Source: Azolla caroliniana
Lineage: Eukaryota; Plantae; Polypodiophyta
Assembly (NCBI GenBank): GCA_043228905.1
Contig: JBHGNT010000014.1
Location: 1,798,001-1,862,000, forward strand
Length of the DNA stretch: 64,000 nt
Direction: 5' to 3'
How positions within the stretch are numbered: the stretch's first letter is position 1; each line of letters starts with the position of its first letter. Under the pieces are notes generated by a model. That model was not told the origin of the DNA, made no database searches, and was given only the letters and a program-made list of their open reading frames with translations. Below, in pieces: positions 1-11,700 of this stretch. Both the position numbers and the translations under genes were made by a program.

Positions 1-983
1 GGCAGGAAGTTGATCAGGCTGCGACGGTGCTCGCCGACGAACGAGCGGAAAATACAAGACGGTTGGACGAGGCGGAGAAGGTCCGGATGGAGCTCCAGAG
101 TCAGCAACAGGAAGAAAGGGAGAGAGCGTCAACGGTATTGCAAAAATTACAAAGCACATATCAAAGGCAATTGACGCATTACAAGGAGCAGGCGGAAGAC
201 AACGTCAAAATCATCAAGCAATTGAAGGAGGAACGACAAGCTGCGGAGATCAAATCGCAGATGGGAACGGGCCGGATTCAGTGCATCCTTCGGGCATGGC
301 TGAATTAGACAAAACGCTTGATTGACGAAAGCTCCGTAAGATGGTGGACAAAGTGGGCACAAAATACGGCGGAACTCCAATTGCTACGGGCAGACGTGGC
401 AAACCGGCAGAAGGAAGGAGATGATTGTTACACGTTGATTTCCGAGGACTTCACCGCCATACGGGACGAGCTGGCTGAAGACTTCCAAGTCCTGGCGGAT
501 GAACAACTGGTGCAGGTTCGGCAACTCGTAGCTCAGCTAGACAATGATAGGCTAGACGCTCAAATCCAGTTTGAAAGCTACGAGCGGTCCCGGGTTCGGG
601 AAGAAAAAGCACGGGAAGCGGCAACGGTTAACCTTAATGATGAGGAACCATAGCCGGCCGAGGGCCAGGCCGGAACCAGTCAACCGGAGACCACTACGAC
701 GGAGGGAGCAACGACGGAAACGCCGGTGTCAGAGCAACAAATGGAGGAGCAGCCGCATCAGCCACCAAAGGACCAGTCGTAGCAACCATCAACGGAGCAG
801 CAACAACAACAACAGCAACAACAACAACAACAACAACCAATTCCAGATGAACCATTGGAGACTCTCGAACAAAGCATTCTGGATATTTTGGATGAAGAAT
901 AGCAAGGGTCTGATGGTGGATTCGACGTACAAGGTACTGTCCCACGAGCGTGCCATGTGTTACCGGCCGGCAAAGTAGTCTAG
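1..983 (+). pseudogene. Degenerate coiled-coil/Q-rich extra ORF in the 3' region of an LTR element (5' part outside the window)
   Basis: ORFs 27-308 and 318-653 and the continuation to TAG at 981-983 share one frame, broken only by TAG stops (probably from CAG). E/Q/R-rich sequence, then poly-Q. Ends about 40 bp before a purine tract and LTR. Confidence 0.5.
799..840 (+). repeat. (CAA/CAG)n trinucleotide repeat encoding poly-Q
   Basis: Direct sequence. Confidence 0.9.
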
Positions 984-1023
984 AGTGTGAAATGGAGGAG
1001 TTATTTAATTATTAAGGAATGGT

Positions 1024-1325
1024 TGTAAGTAAGCTATTAGTGTGGACGGACGGACCGGAATCGGTATGCCGTTCCGGATCCGGACCGATCCCGACCAGGT
1101 GCGGATGACACCGTTTTGTACTACAAACCGGAAACCTATTTAAAGGCTCGGATACAATGTAATGAGCAGCGGATAATTAATAAAGCTTAGTGTTTTTATC
1201 TCTATGTGTTAATTGCCGTTCTGCATTCATTGTTATATCTTACGCGTGTGATTATTAAGGACGATCTTGCTAAGTAACCTAATTAAGTCGGATTAATCGT
1301 TGAGCCTAATCCTCTTGCCGTAACA
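1024..1325 (+). mobile_element. Probable 3' LTR
   Basis: TGTAA...TAACA termini, purine-rich AAGGAATGGT upstream, TATTTAAA box near 1137; abrupt switch to L1 sequence after 1325. Confidence 0.55.
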
Positions 1326-3300
1326 CCCCTTTGGTGAAGTGTCTTCCGTAGACACCCTGTGTTAGGCCATTGTCCGGCCCTAAGAGTTAACAAATAATAC
1401 CTAGTTCCCCCTTAGAGCGAGGTAAGGTAATAACATCCCATTTTACTTTAGACCGAGCATTGCCTTCTGATTTGTCGAACCATAGAAAATTACGAATCAA
1501 TCTGCGTATTTTCAGAATACATGACTTGGAGAATATCCAACATGACAAAACATACCATGTTGAAGCCAATAAAACCTGATTGGCAACTATAATCCGACCA
1601 GTAAAAGACAACTTGGCTGAACTCCATAATAACAATTTTTGCCTCAATGACAATAGGAAGGGAGCCACTTGATTTTCCATCGAAAGGTCAATACCTATAG
1701 TACATCCCAGATACTGAACTGGGCAACCTGATGGTATCCATCGAAATTGCGGATGTGGATTCCATAATGGAGGATTTACATCTCCCACTCAAAATGCAAA
1801 GGACTTGTTCCAATTAACCAATGCACCTAAAGCCTTACAGAATGTGGATATGGCCACTTCTATTTTTTGCAAATTTTCCAAATCACCTTTCAAGTATAGG
1901 GCAGTGTCATCTGCAAATTCAGCATCCCTTACTTCTATATGTGAGAGTGGAATGCATAGTCCGCTTATACCAATATCAACAACATTAAAAAAGGAAATCA
2001 TTGCCTCAGCAAAAAACAGAAATAGGAAGGGAGCTAGTGGACAACCCTGATGAACTGATCGAGAAATATAAAACAAAGGACCATAATCTCCAGCCAACAA
2101 GACTCGTCTTTGTGCAGCATTATATAATGAGGAAATACCTCTTATCCATTCTTTTGAGAACCGCGAGTCAATACTCCTTGTAAAAATTCCCAGTCAACAC
2201 GATCATAGGCTTTCTCAAAATCAAGCATAACAACGGCCAACTTTTGATTAGATTTGGCTGCCAAGGCCACAGATTCCCAAAATGTGTACACATTATCCAA
2301 AATACTTCTTTCTTGAATGAATCCTGTTTGAGTCGGATGTATAACTGTAGGTATTATGGTACTAAGTTGTATACTAATTGCTTTAGCTAAAATTTTATAC
2401 ACTGTATTTAGTAGTGTAATCGGCCGCCATTTCTTGATGTCAAGTGAAGGACCGTCTGATTTAGGGATAAGATAAATGAATCCTTTTGTAAACTGGGAAG
2501 GCATATTACCCTCTCGAAGAATTTGCTAAAATGCAGTGCATAAATCTGCTTTAAATACGTCCCAATATTTAATAAAGAATGTTGGGGTTAGACCATCCAC
2601 ACTTGGACAACAATTTTTAGGCAAAGCTTGAAGTGCTTCAGTCAATTCATGACATGTAAGAACATCCTGAAGTCGTACTTTCATATCCTGAGTTATTCTT
2701 GAATTCAACTTATTCCATACATATGACCGACATAATAATTCTTCATCGGAGAAGGAAACAATTGATAGTAGGTTAGAATAGTATCGCGTGGCTATTTCTC
2801 TCATTACTTGAGGGTCAGATGAGATGGTCCCATTCTCATGTTGTAGTTGTTTGATTGAAACCGCATTATAATTAGATCTCATTACATGAAAAAACTCAAT
2901 TGTACATTTGTCACCCGTTTGAGTCCAATTAGTTGTCCTATGATGATATTGAAATTTTGCACACTTTTCTAATAGTTCAACAATTTCTTGTTTTGCTGAC
3001 CCAAGTTTCTCAGCAATCCAAGTACAGTGTGGATAACGTTCTTGTAACAATTGCAAAGAAACAAGAGAAGTACGAGACCTTTTCTCCTTTTCTTTCATTA
3101 TAAGAAACCTTTCCTTAGATTTACACCTGAAAAATTCTGAAATACTTCGTAAGCCATTAACTACCCGCATAGTCATTGATTCTTGCCCAACATCTTTTTG
3201 CGACCATAAATCAATCACTTGTAATGAAAAACTATTGTCTAACAACAGATTTTCAGGAATCTTCGGATTGAAAAATTCTTTATTCTTTTGAGTCGAGAGT
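1326..3300 (-). pseudogene. Plant L1-clade LINE ORF2 fragment (reverse transcriptase), frameshifted
   Basis: WRPITLLNTVYKILAK, LDFEKAYDRVDW, QGCPLAPFLF, FADD and YLG motifs across ORFs 1387-3245; cut by LTRs on both sides. Confidence 0.9.
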
Positions 3301-3678
3301 TGTTGAGAATCAAGCTCAACCTAGTCTAGTGTGTGAACACACCCTTGAGAGTGTGCACTCAAAGGTCAAAAGTCACCACTCTTATCTACACATTAACTAT
3401 GTGTCATAGAATCATATTCTATGACACATAACTAATGAGTTTTCACATTCCCCATGACCCATGAGCTTCAGTAGTTAATGAAGAGAGAGAGTGACTATAT
3501 AAAGCACTCTCCTCCTACTTTGTAATTAGCTCGATTAATCTCCTTTGTAATATACATCGTCTTGAGTATTCTATAGTTGTTCAAATCTATCTATCTTGTG
3601 TTTCTCTCTCATACACACACTCACAACACATATCTCTAGTCTATTCCGCTGCCCAAGAATCACCATCGATTCTTTTCA
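3301..3678 (+). mobile_element. 5' LTR of copia family A
   Basis: TG...CA termini, TATATAAA near 3496, followed directly by PBS; related copies at 19707-19857 (-), 29179-29676 and 31828-40021. Confidence 0.9.
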
Positions 3679-3690
3679 TGGTATCAGAGC
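3679..3690 (+). promoter_or_regulatory. Primer-binding site for tRNA-iMet
   Basis: TGGTATCAGAGC immediately after the LTR. Confidence 0.95.
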
Positions 3691-3833
3691 GGTTTGGTAG
3701 CTTGATCTCGCCCATCCGCGTGTGTTGAGCTCTACGCCGACGTTCAAGAAGAACCAACTCATCGCTATTGTAGTGCGACGACATAGCTCATATTCAAGAG
3801 AGAAGAAGAAGGAAGAAATCTACATCGAACACC

Positions 3834-5641
3834 ATGAATACTCAAATGGGGAGCGCTCTCCCTAGTGAGAAGTTGGACCGAAACAACTTCACATCTTGGG
3901 AGTACAAGATGCATCAATACCTTGTCGGTCAAGGCTATTGGAGCTACATCAAAGGAGCACAAGAAAACCGGCCTGACCCGGAAGACGCCGACTATGCAAC
4001 ATGGGAGCAAGTGGCGAGTCGAGTAATGTATTGCTTGGCGACATGTGTTCACGGCCACATGCTCGGTTACATTCGAGAAGCCGAGACGCTGAAGGAAGCG
4101 TGGGAAAATCTATGAAAGATTTTCGCCGCCAACACAACCGTGAGGAAGCTTCAACTCCGCCAAGAGTTGAACAACATCCAACAAAGGGATATGTTTATCA
4201 CAAGCTACACCTTGAAGATCAAGGAGCTTTGTGATGCACTCGGCTCAATAAGCGTCAATGTGGAGGATGACGAAATGGTGCAAATATGCCTCGGCGGCCT
4301 TGCACCACGGTTCGGCGCGATGAGAACCGTTGTCCTAGCAAGGGAGAATCCTCCCTCTTTCTTCAATCTTCAATCCATGTTGTTGGTTGAAGAAAACCAT
4401 GTTCGAACAAGGACCAACACCTCGGAAGGCCACATGCTCTACACACATTCGAATGGAGGAAGAGGATGCAGCCGAGCAAGAGGCCGATTCGGCCAAGGAC
4501 GAGGCAGACAAGGTCCGACTTACGGCAACAACTCCCAATTTCGGAAACAAAACGGAAGCCACCGAGGAAACTTCGGAAGAAGGGGAAGCTTCCATTCCGG
4601 TCCGAGCCAACAAACCTCGATCAAATGCGGTTATTGCGGAAAAATCGGCCACCATGAAGAAGAGTGTCGAAAGAAGAAGCGTGAGTCAGCTTCCACAAGC
4701 CGATAACTCACCAATTACGCCACCAACTCCGACTATGAAGATCATGGTGGAATGTTTGTAATGAGACATAGAGCAAATTCTATGTCGGCCTCCACTTCGA
4801 CTAATGCCTCCAATCCAGAAGATGTATGGTTCGTTGACTCCGGTGCTTCAAACCATATGACGTCCCATCAAGAATGTTCAAAGACCTTTGAGAGCCAGAT
4901 CGACCTGGTTATGTCGAGACCGGAGACACCACCACTCATCCAATTTGGCATGTCGGCAATGTCCCATTCGGGAAAGAAGGTGAACAAACTTGCATAAAAA
5001 ATGTCTTACATGTACCCACCATAACGAAGAATTTGGTCTCAGTTGACCAAATTGTGGAGCAAGGGATGCAAGTTCGATTCAACCAAGGAGGTTGCTTCAT
5101 CGAGAAGGAAGGCCGACTAATTGCTCGTGGTCGAAGGGAAGGCCGGATGTTTATCCTCGAAGCGAATGAGGTAAAATCGGCCATGTTTGCAAAGGGCTTC
5201 AAACCCGAGACCGACATAGAGCTATGGCATAAAAGAATCGACCATATCAATCTCAACAAATTCAAGGTGATGCAATCGAAAGGAGTCTTCATCGGGTTCC
5301 CAACCTTCAAAGAGAAAGAGATTGAAGGAGTATGTGAAGCATGCTAATTCGGTAAGCAACATCGGCACCCGTTCCTGAAGGAGAGGAACGTAAGCAAAGG
5401 CCTATTGGACATAGTCCACTCAGATGTGTGGGGATCGACACAAACGGCTATGTTCGGAGGATGTCGGTACTATGTTACCTTCATCAATGACTTCTCTAGA
5501 TACACATGGATCTTCCCCATGAGGATGAAGAGCGAAGTGTTTACACACTTCCAAAAATTCAAAAGCGAAGTCGAAAAGACAATTGGCCGCCATGTATGAT
5601 GTCTTCGGTCGGATGGAGGAAAGGAATACTTCTCCGATGCG
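3834..5641 (+). pseudogene. Copia gag-protease-integrase (N-terminal part), degenerate and truncated
   Basis: UBN2-type gag, CCHC knuckle CGYCGKIGHHEEEC, protease WFVDSGASNHMT, LWHKRIDH, VHSDVWG; in-frame stops. Confidence 0.92.
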
Positions 5642-5866
5642 TGTTGTTCGCCGGAATTGTAACCGCCGCACAGAATGCGTAAATAGATTAGAAGCATTAA
5701 GAAAAGAAATGTAACGGTTCACACGGGAAGCGTGAACGGTTGAACGCCCTGTGTATATAAAGGGCAGAAATCCTCTGTAAGATGTAGCGTGTAATTTTTA
5801 AGCATGAGGTTTTCTTCTCTAATAGAATCTTATATTCTTTGATTTTTCGTGTTTGTGCAACCCGTG
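5642..5866 (+). mobile_element. Partial LTR of an unrelated family at the junction of two copia fragments
   Basis: Starts TGTTG, contains TATATAAAGGG near 5755, interrupts the integrase reading frame; no clear CA end or TSD. Confidence 0.5.
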
Positions 5867-7582
5867 CTGTCGGATGGCAGAAGAGAGTACTTTTCCAGTC
5901 AATTCAACGGGTATCTACAACAGATGGGAATTCAACGCGAATTCAGTTGCAGATATACGCCAGAACAAAACGGCGTGGCCGAAAGGAAAAATCGGTTAGT
6001 TGTGGAAGTGGCGCGGGCAATGCTGGCGGAGAAGAGCTTGCCCAAGTTCTACTAGGCTAAAGCGGTTTGGACCGCGGTCTACATCCAGAACCAGATTGGA
6101 GAAAAAGTGTTGGGGAATGAGCTATACTTCGGAATGAAGCCGAATTTGCGACACTTAAGAGTTTTTGGTAGCATTGCGTATGTGCATGTACTGAAGGAGA
6201 AGCGGAGGAAGCTGGACGCAAAAGCTGAGAAGTGTATCTTGGTCGGCTATTCGGACGAGTAGAAGGGTTATAAGTGTTATAACCCTCGCACCAAACAAGC
6301 GCGCATGAGCTGTGACGTTGTGTTTGACGAATCCGCGTCGTGGTACTTGCCTCCGACTTCGGACCTCACCTCCAATCCGAGTTCTGACGATGAGGTTAGT
6401 GAGGTCGAGATGTCTCCGGATGAGCCTGAAATTGGGACCCGCGAAGAGAGTCCGATTTCGTTTCGGTTAAGCGGACCGAATGGACGATTGAGTCGGTTCG
6501 ACCAGTCCGATGAAGAGCCAGCGAGTAGTGGAGACTCGACCGTGCATTCCCCACGTAGGAAGCCGAGGAGACGGCTTACGCGCAAGGAAAAAGGGAAGAA
6601 GGTGTCGGATTACGGCACGGATAGGAACAAGTCGGATCGATGCGAGTTCGACTCCGAGGGAAGTGATGACGGGTCTTTGAGAGCGAAGTCTGCGTCGGCT
6701 AAGAAAGCCTCAACATCGGCTAATGAACAATTACACCGATCTACCCGCCAGAAGAACCCTGTTGTGCGGTTTGGATACAACGAGTACATGGCGCATCACT
6801 ATGATTACATGACCCGTGTAGCGGAAGTGCGTGAGCCGGAGAGCTACGCAGAAGCGTCAAAGGATGCGAATTGGTGTGCCGCAATGGAGGAAGAGATGCG
6901 TGCATTGGCTGAAAATGAAACCTGGGACCTTGTTGACGCACCAAAAGGTGTGAAGCCGATTGGATGTAGGTGGGTGTACAAGGTCAAGTACAACACTGAC
7001 GGCTCGGTCAACCGATACAAGGCCCGGTTAGTAGCGAAAGGTTACACGCAGCAACACGACATCGACTACGATGAGACGTTTGCACCGGTCGCGAAGATGA
7101 TGACCGTCCATGTTTTGCTCGCGGTAGCTACGGCAAAGGGGTGGCACTTACATCAGATGGATGTAAAGAATGCGTTCCTGCAAGGTGAGCTTGAGGAACA
7201 GGTGTACATGGTACAACCCCCCGGATTTCACTCCGGAACGAACACTTTGGCGGTGTGCCGATTGAAGAAGTCCCTTTACGGACTAAAGCAAGTGTCATAA
7301 CTAGACTCGAACCCATAACCTTTTGTTACACGGGTCGAGACTTTACCATTAGGTTATGAATTGTAATTTGAAGGATATTATTTTCATTTAGGTTTTATTG
7401 GGAAATTGATGTATATTCCAGATTTCTCTGGAACATTCTAGAAACTTCAGGAGTATTCCTGAAGACACTATAAAAGGAGGCGCAAGGCATTAGTTCGAAC
7501 CAAATCGGTTCAACGCCAGTCTTAAGCCTTCTAACTACTGTTGTATATCTTCCTTCATATAATACATATATCTTTCGCATCA

Positions 7583-7624
<42 letters not shown>

Positions 7625-7907
7625 CCTCTCTCTCTCTCTCTTTCAAAGCTCTCTGTAAGTTCACTCCGGCCATCGTTTTCTACGTTCTATAGCTCGTTGG
7701 AAAGCTCTTTGAGAGAGCTTTCTAAAGAATGCTCATTTACTGAATTCCGTTACCGTGGCGAGAAGTTATGAGCATTTTCATCCGCAGCCATCTTTGCCCC
7801 ACGGTTCCTCAAACGGAAGGTAGATTTTGAAGCCCTACATCGAGTGAAAGGTACATTCTCTCTCCTTCCCTCTTTGTCTCTCTTTTCCCGTACGGTTTGT
7901 CCCTACA

Positions 7908-8777
7908 ATGGCAAATACTCGTAAAACCGCCGCAAAGTTTGGGGGTATGATTGATAATGAGCCGAGATCACCAACAAATCTCGATTCTAATGCAATGGAC
8001 AAAATGCTTATGAGTCACTTGATTTCTCTTCAAGAAACCATAAACAAGCAAGGTGAAGAGATTAGGATGTTAATGAAAGAGAATACTAAGCTCCAAAGTG
8101 TTGTCATTGAGAATGAAAGTCTTAAACAAGTGGTTGCAAAACTTCAAGAAGAGATTCAAGAATGTAAAAGAGCTTCATTTGAAACAAATGAGCGCCTTAA
8201 CAAGATTGAGTTAAAGGAAGCATTAAAAGAAGAAAAATTGGATACGATGAGGCGGGATGTAAGTGAGATGAAAAATGTATGTACAACGAAGTCATGGGCC
8301 GATGTATGTGGTGGGGATGTGTTATCAAACTCATCTAATATGCATGTGATGCATCAAGAGAAGAATATAGAAAGCATAGATGTCCGAGAATTGAAAGAAC
8401 GCGAACGACGATCAAAGAACATTGTCGTCCGTGGGATTAAAGAAGAGAGTATGGAAACACCCGCATCCCTTGGAAAGGCCATTGGTGAATTTTTTAGCAT
8501 GCATTATGGGATGTCAGATGTGAATGTATATGGGGCACACCGAGTTGGGAAACATGGTGTTACTCGCTCCGGAGAAAGGCCTATTGTATGCACAATGACA
8601 GATGATACAAAGCGGCGGATCATACTCGAAAATAGTTGGGTATACCTCAAAGGTACACAATGCTTTGTGAGTGAAGATCGTACTATCTCACAACAAAATG
8701 CTCGTCGTAAAGCATATGAAGAAAGATTGAAAAACAAGGTTAAGGATGTGCCTAAAGATGGAAATGTAGGCAAATAG
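7908..8777 (+). CDS. LINE ORF1: coiled coil plus RRM/CTD-like domain
   Basis: 289 aa; ERERRSKNIVVRGIKE, HRVGK, RPIVC and LKGTQCFVSEDRT motifs typical of CR1/L2/RTEX-type ORF1. Confidence 0.88.
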   Translation: MANTRKTAAKFGGMIDNEPRSPTNLDSNAMDKMLMSHLISLQETINKQGEEIRMLMKENTKLQSVVIENESLKQVVAKLQEEIQECKRASFETNERLNKIELKEALKEEKLDTMRRDVSEMKNVCTTKSWADVCGGDVLSNSSNMHVMHQEKNIESIDVRELKERERRSKNIVVRGIKEESMETPASLGKAIGEFFSMHYGMSDVNVYGAHRVGKHGVTRSGERPIVCTMTDDTKRRIILENSWVYLKGTQCFVSEDRTISQQNARRKAYEERLKNKVKDVPKDGNVGK

Positions 8778-8783
8778 GGACAC

Positions 8784-11700
8784 GTGATCTATGAGACTAA
8801 CCCACGCCTTTTACGACTATGCTTTTGGAATTGCAATGGATACCCATGGAATGCGGGATTTGGCATAGAGGAGTTCACCAATGACTCGGATATCACACTT
8901 CTTGTTGAAACATGGGAGCATGATACTCAAAGGATTCAAGGTTTAGGAAACTATAATGTACACTCTTTGATATGGAAGAAAAATCCAAGACAAAGAAGAG
9001 GACAAGGAGGGGTGGCATGTTTGATTAAGAAGGAAATAGAGAAATATGTGTCAATCATAAAAAATGATGAAAATAAATGCTACATATGGCTCAAAATAGA
9101 AACACCTAATGATTTGCCCACTTTTGTTGTTGGATGTTACATTCCTCATCAAGATTCTAACTTTTATGCTTGTTTGGATAAAGATCAACCGTTTGCCAAT
9201 CTAGAAGATGATATTGCTTATTTCAAATCCAAAGGGGAAGTTATTGTCTTTGGTGACATGAATGCTCGTACAAGAAGTTTCCAACTTGATTCACAAGAAT
9301 CTTTCATGCCACATATCTCAAGGATGCAAGAGGATATGCAAATGTATAACCGCTCTTCTAGCGATGAAAAAGATCCGGACCAATTTGGGAAACTACTCCT
9401 ACAAATGTGCAATAGTACCGGATTGCTTATTGCAAATGGTATTTCCTTATGGCCCAACACTAATGGTTTTACATGTAGAAAATACAACGGAAATAGTGTG
9501 ATTGATTATGTGCTACTTTCCGAAGGTATTTTGGATCGTATACATAAATTCTCACTTGGTGAATGGACACCGGAATCAGATCATAGGCCTTTATGTATTG
9601 ATCTCAAATGTATGCATAGGTTTGATTGTGAGAAGGCTATTGAAGATAATAAACAACCGCACTTGAGCATGAACCTTAAGCGAGCACCCATGTATTCCAA
9701 GATGGTTGAGGATATGTTACAAATGACAAAGATACAACATGGTGCCACACTAGAATGCAAATGGGAAGATTTCAAGAAAGTCATTCTCTCATGTACAAAC
9801 AAATGTTTTTCGACCAACCGCACATCTTGGAAATGCACCAAGAAACTTAGGAAAAAATGGTTTGATAAAGAATGTCGTGAAGCTCGAAAGTGCCTTATGG
9901 TTTTGGATGTAGTTAAGGATAAAGAGAATTACCAAAAGCATTTGCATGAGTATAAAAGGCTTATTCAAAGAAAGAGAAGAATATGGGAAGTTACTCAACA
10001 ATTTATCCAAACGCAAGAGAAAGCACATGCATGTGCTAAATTTTGGGGAAATCTAAAGGGAAAACGTGTTGAGAGTTATGGTGACTTAACTCTTCACGAC
10101 TTGTCTATGCATTGTAAGAATTTATATGAGTTATCTCTTGCCGGAAAGATGATGTGTTATGGTTCTCTTTCACATATGCCTTCCTTCTTTACAATTGAAG
10201 ATATATGCATAGGACTTAAGAAATTGGCCTCTCGAAAGGCAAGCGATCTTCAATGTATAAAGGCTGAAATGCTCAAATGGACGGGAAAGGAAGCACATAT
10301 ATGGATAAGCGATATGTTTAATGATGCATTGCAACATGGTATGCCGTACGATTGGACTACAAATTGGATCAAACCTTTACATAAAGGTGGAGATATAAAT
10401 AATGTAAACAATTATCGAACCATCATGGTTGGCTCATTAATGGCAAAACTATTTGGATGTATAATGGAATCAAAGATAAGTGTATGGGCTGAAAAAAGTG
10501 GTAAGAGAGCTTATGGACAAGCTGGCTTTCGGAAACACCATAGCACCATTGATCACCTTATCACCCTTCGAGTATTAATGGAGGAAAGTCGCCTTAGAGG
10601 TAAAGGTTTATATTGTTGCTTTGTAGACTTCAAGAAAGCTTTTGATATGGTACCTCGTGAGCATCTTTGGAGGCGAATGGAAGAACTTGAGGTGCCAAGT
10701 GAATATATGCTTGCAATTTCCCGAATTTATGAGAAGGTTATATGTTGTGTGCGCATGAAAGATAAACTTTCAGATTTTTTCAAAAGCACTATTGGTGTTA
10801 AGCAAGGATGCCCACTCTCACCAACACTATTTGGTCTATGCATTGATGAATTGGAAGAAATGGTTACCAAGTTTGCAAAGGAAGAATGTGTTGAAGAAGT
10901 TGCCATTGGGAATGTTGTGATTATGCTTTTGCTATATGCAGATGACGTAGTGCTTTTTGCAAATACTTTAGGAGATGCACAAAAGCTTATGAAGGCATTG
11001 GAAAAATTTTGCATGCATACTAAATTAAGTGTCAATAGCTCTAAAACAAAGATTATGCTTGTGAAGAGCCAAAAAAGAGATAAACCATGCATTATGTACA
11101 ACAATGAGCCACTTGAATGTGTGGAAAGCTTCAAATATCTTGGCCTTGAAGTTCCTTCAAATCATAGATGGAATGAATGTGCTACACGCCGCTTCGAGGC
11201 GGGCAAACGAGCATACTATGCATTTGAGAACACATGCAATCTTGGAGATATTAAGTGTTGGGTCCTCAAGAAATATCTTTTTGACACTTTGGTGACACCA
11301 GTTCTTCTCTATGGGGTGGAAGTATGGGGCGGTAGCATCCCTAAGTCTATGTGGAAAGAGTTTGAAAATGTCCAAAAGCATTTTCTTACCAAGTTTCTAC
11401 AAGTTAAGAAACAAACGCCCTACACCCTCCTCCTCCTTGAGACGGGATCGCTTCCCATTGAGATCATGGCCATGGAAAGGGTTGTTGAATACATGCTTAA
11501 GGTTCAAAAAAGTCCCTCACATCGACTTCCTAGAATTGCGTGGGAAGCAAGCAAAAAGATCCAAAAGACGCATAAAAGCAAAATTTTGTGTTCCGGTTGG
11601 ATGCAAGATATAGAAAAATGGTTTGGTAGATGGGATGCGAGACACTTGCTTCATGATGCATCATTAGATTCCTCTGTAAATGAGGCATTTTTGCAACGCC

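Noticed and set aside
571-978. Poly-N, poly-V and poly-C ORFs
   Set aside because: Alternative frames of the (CAA)n repeat.
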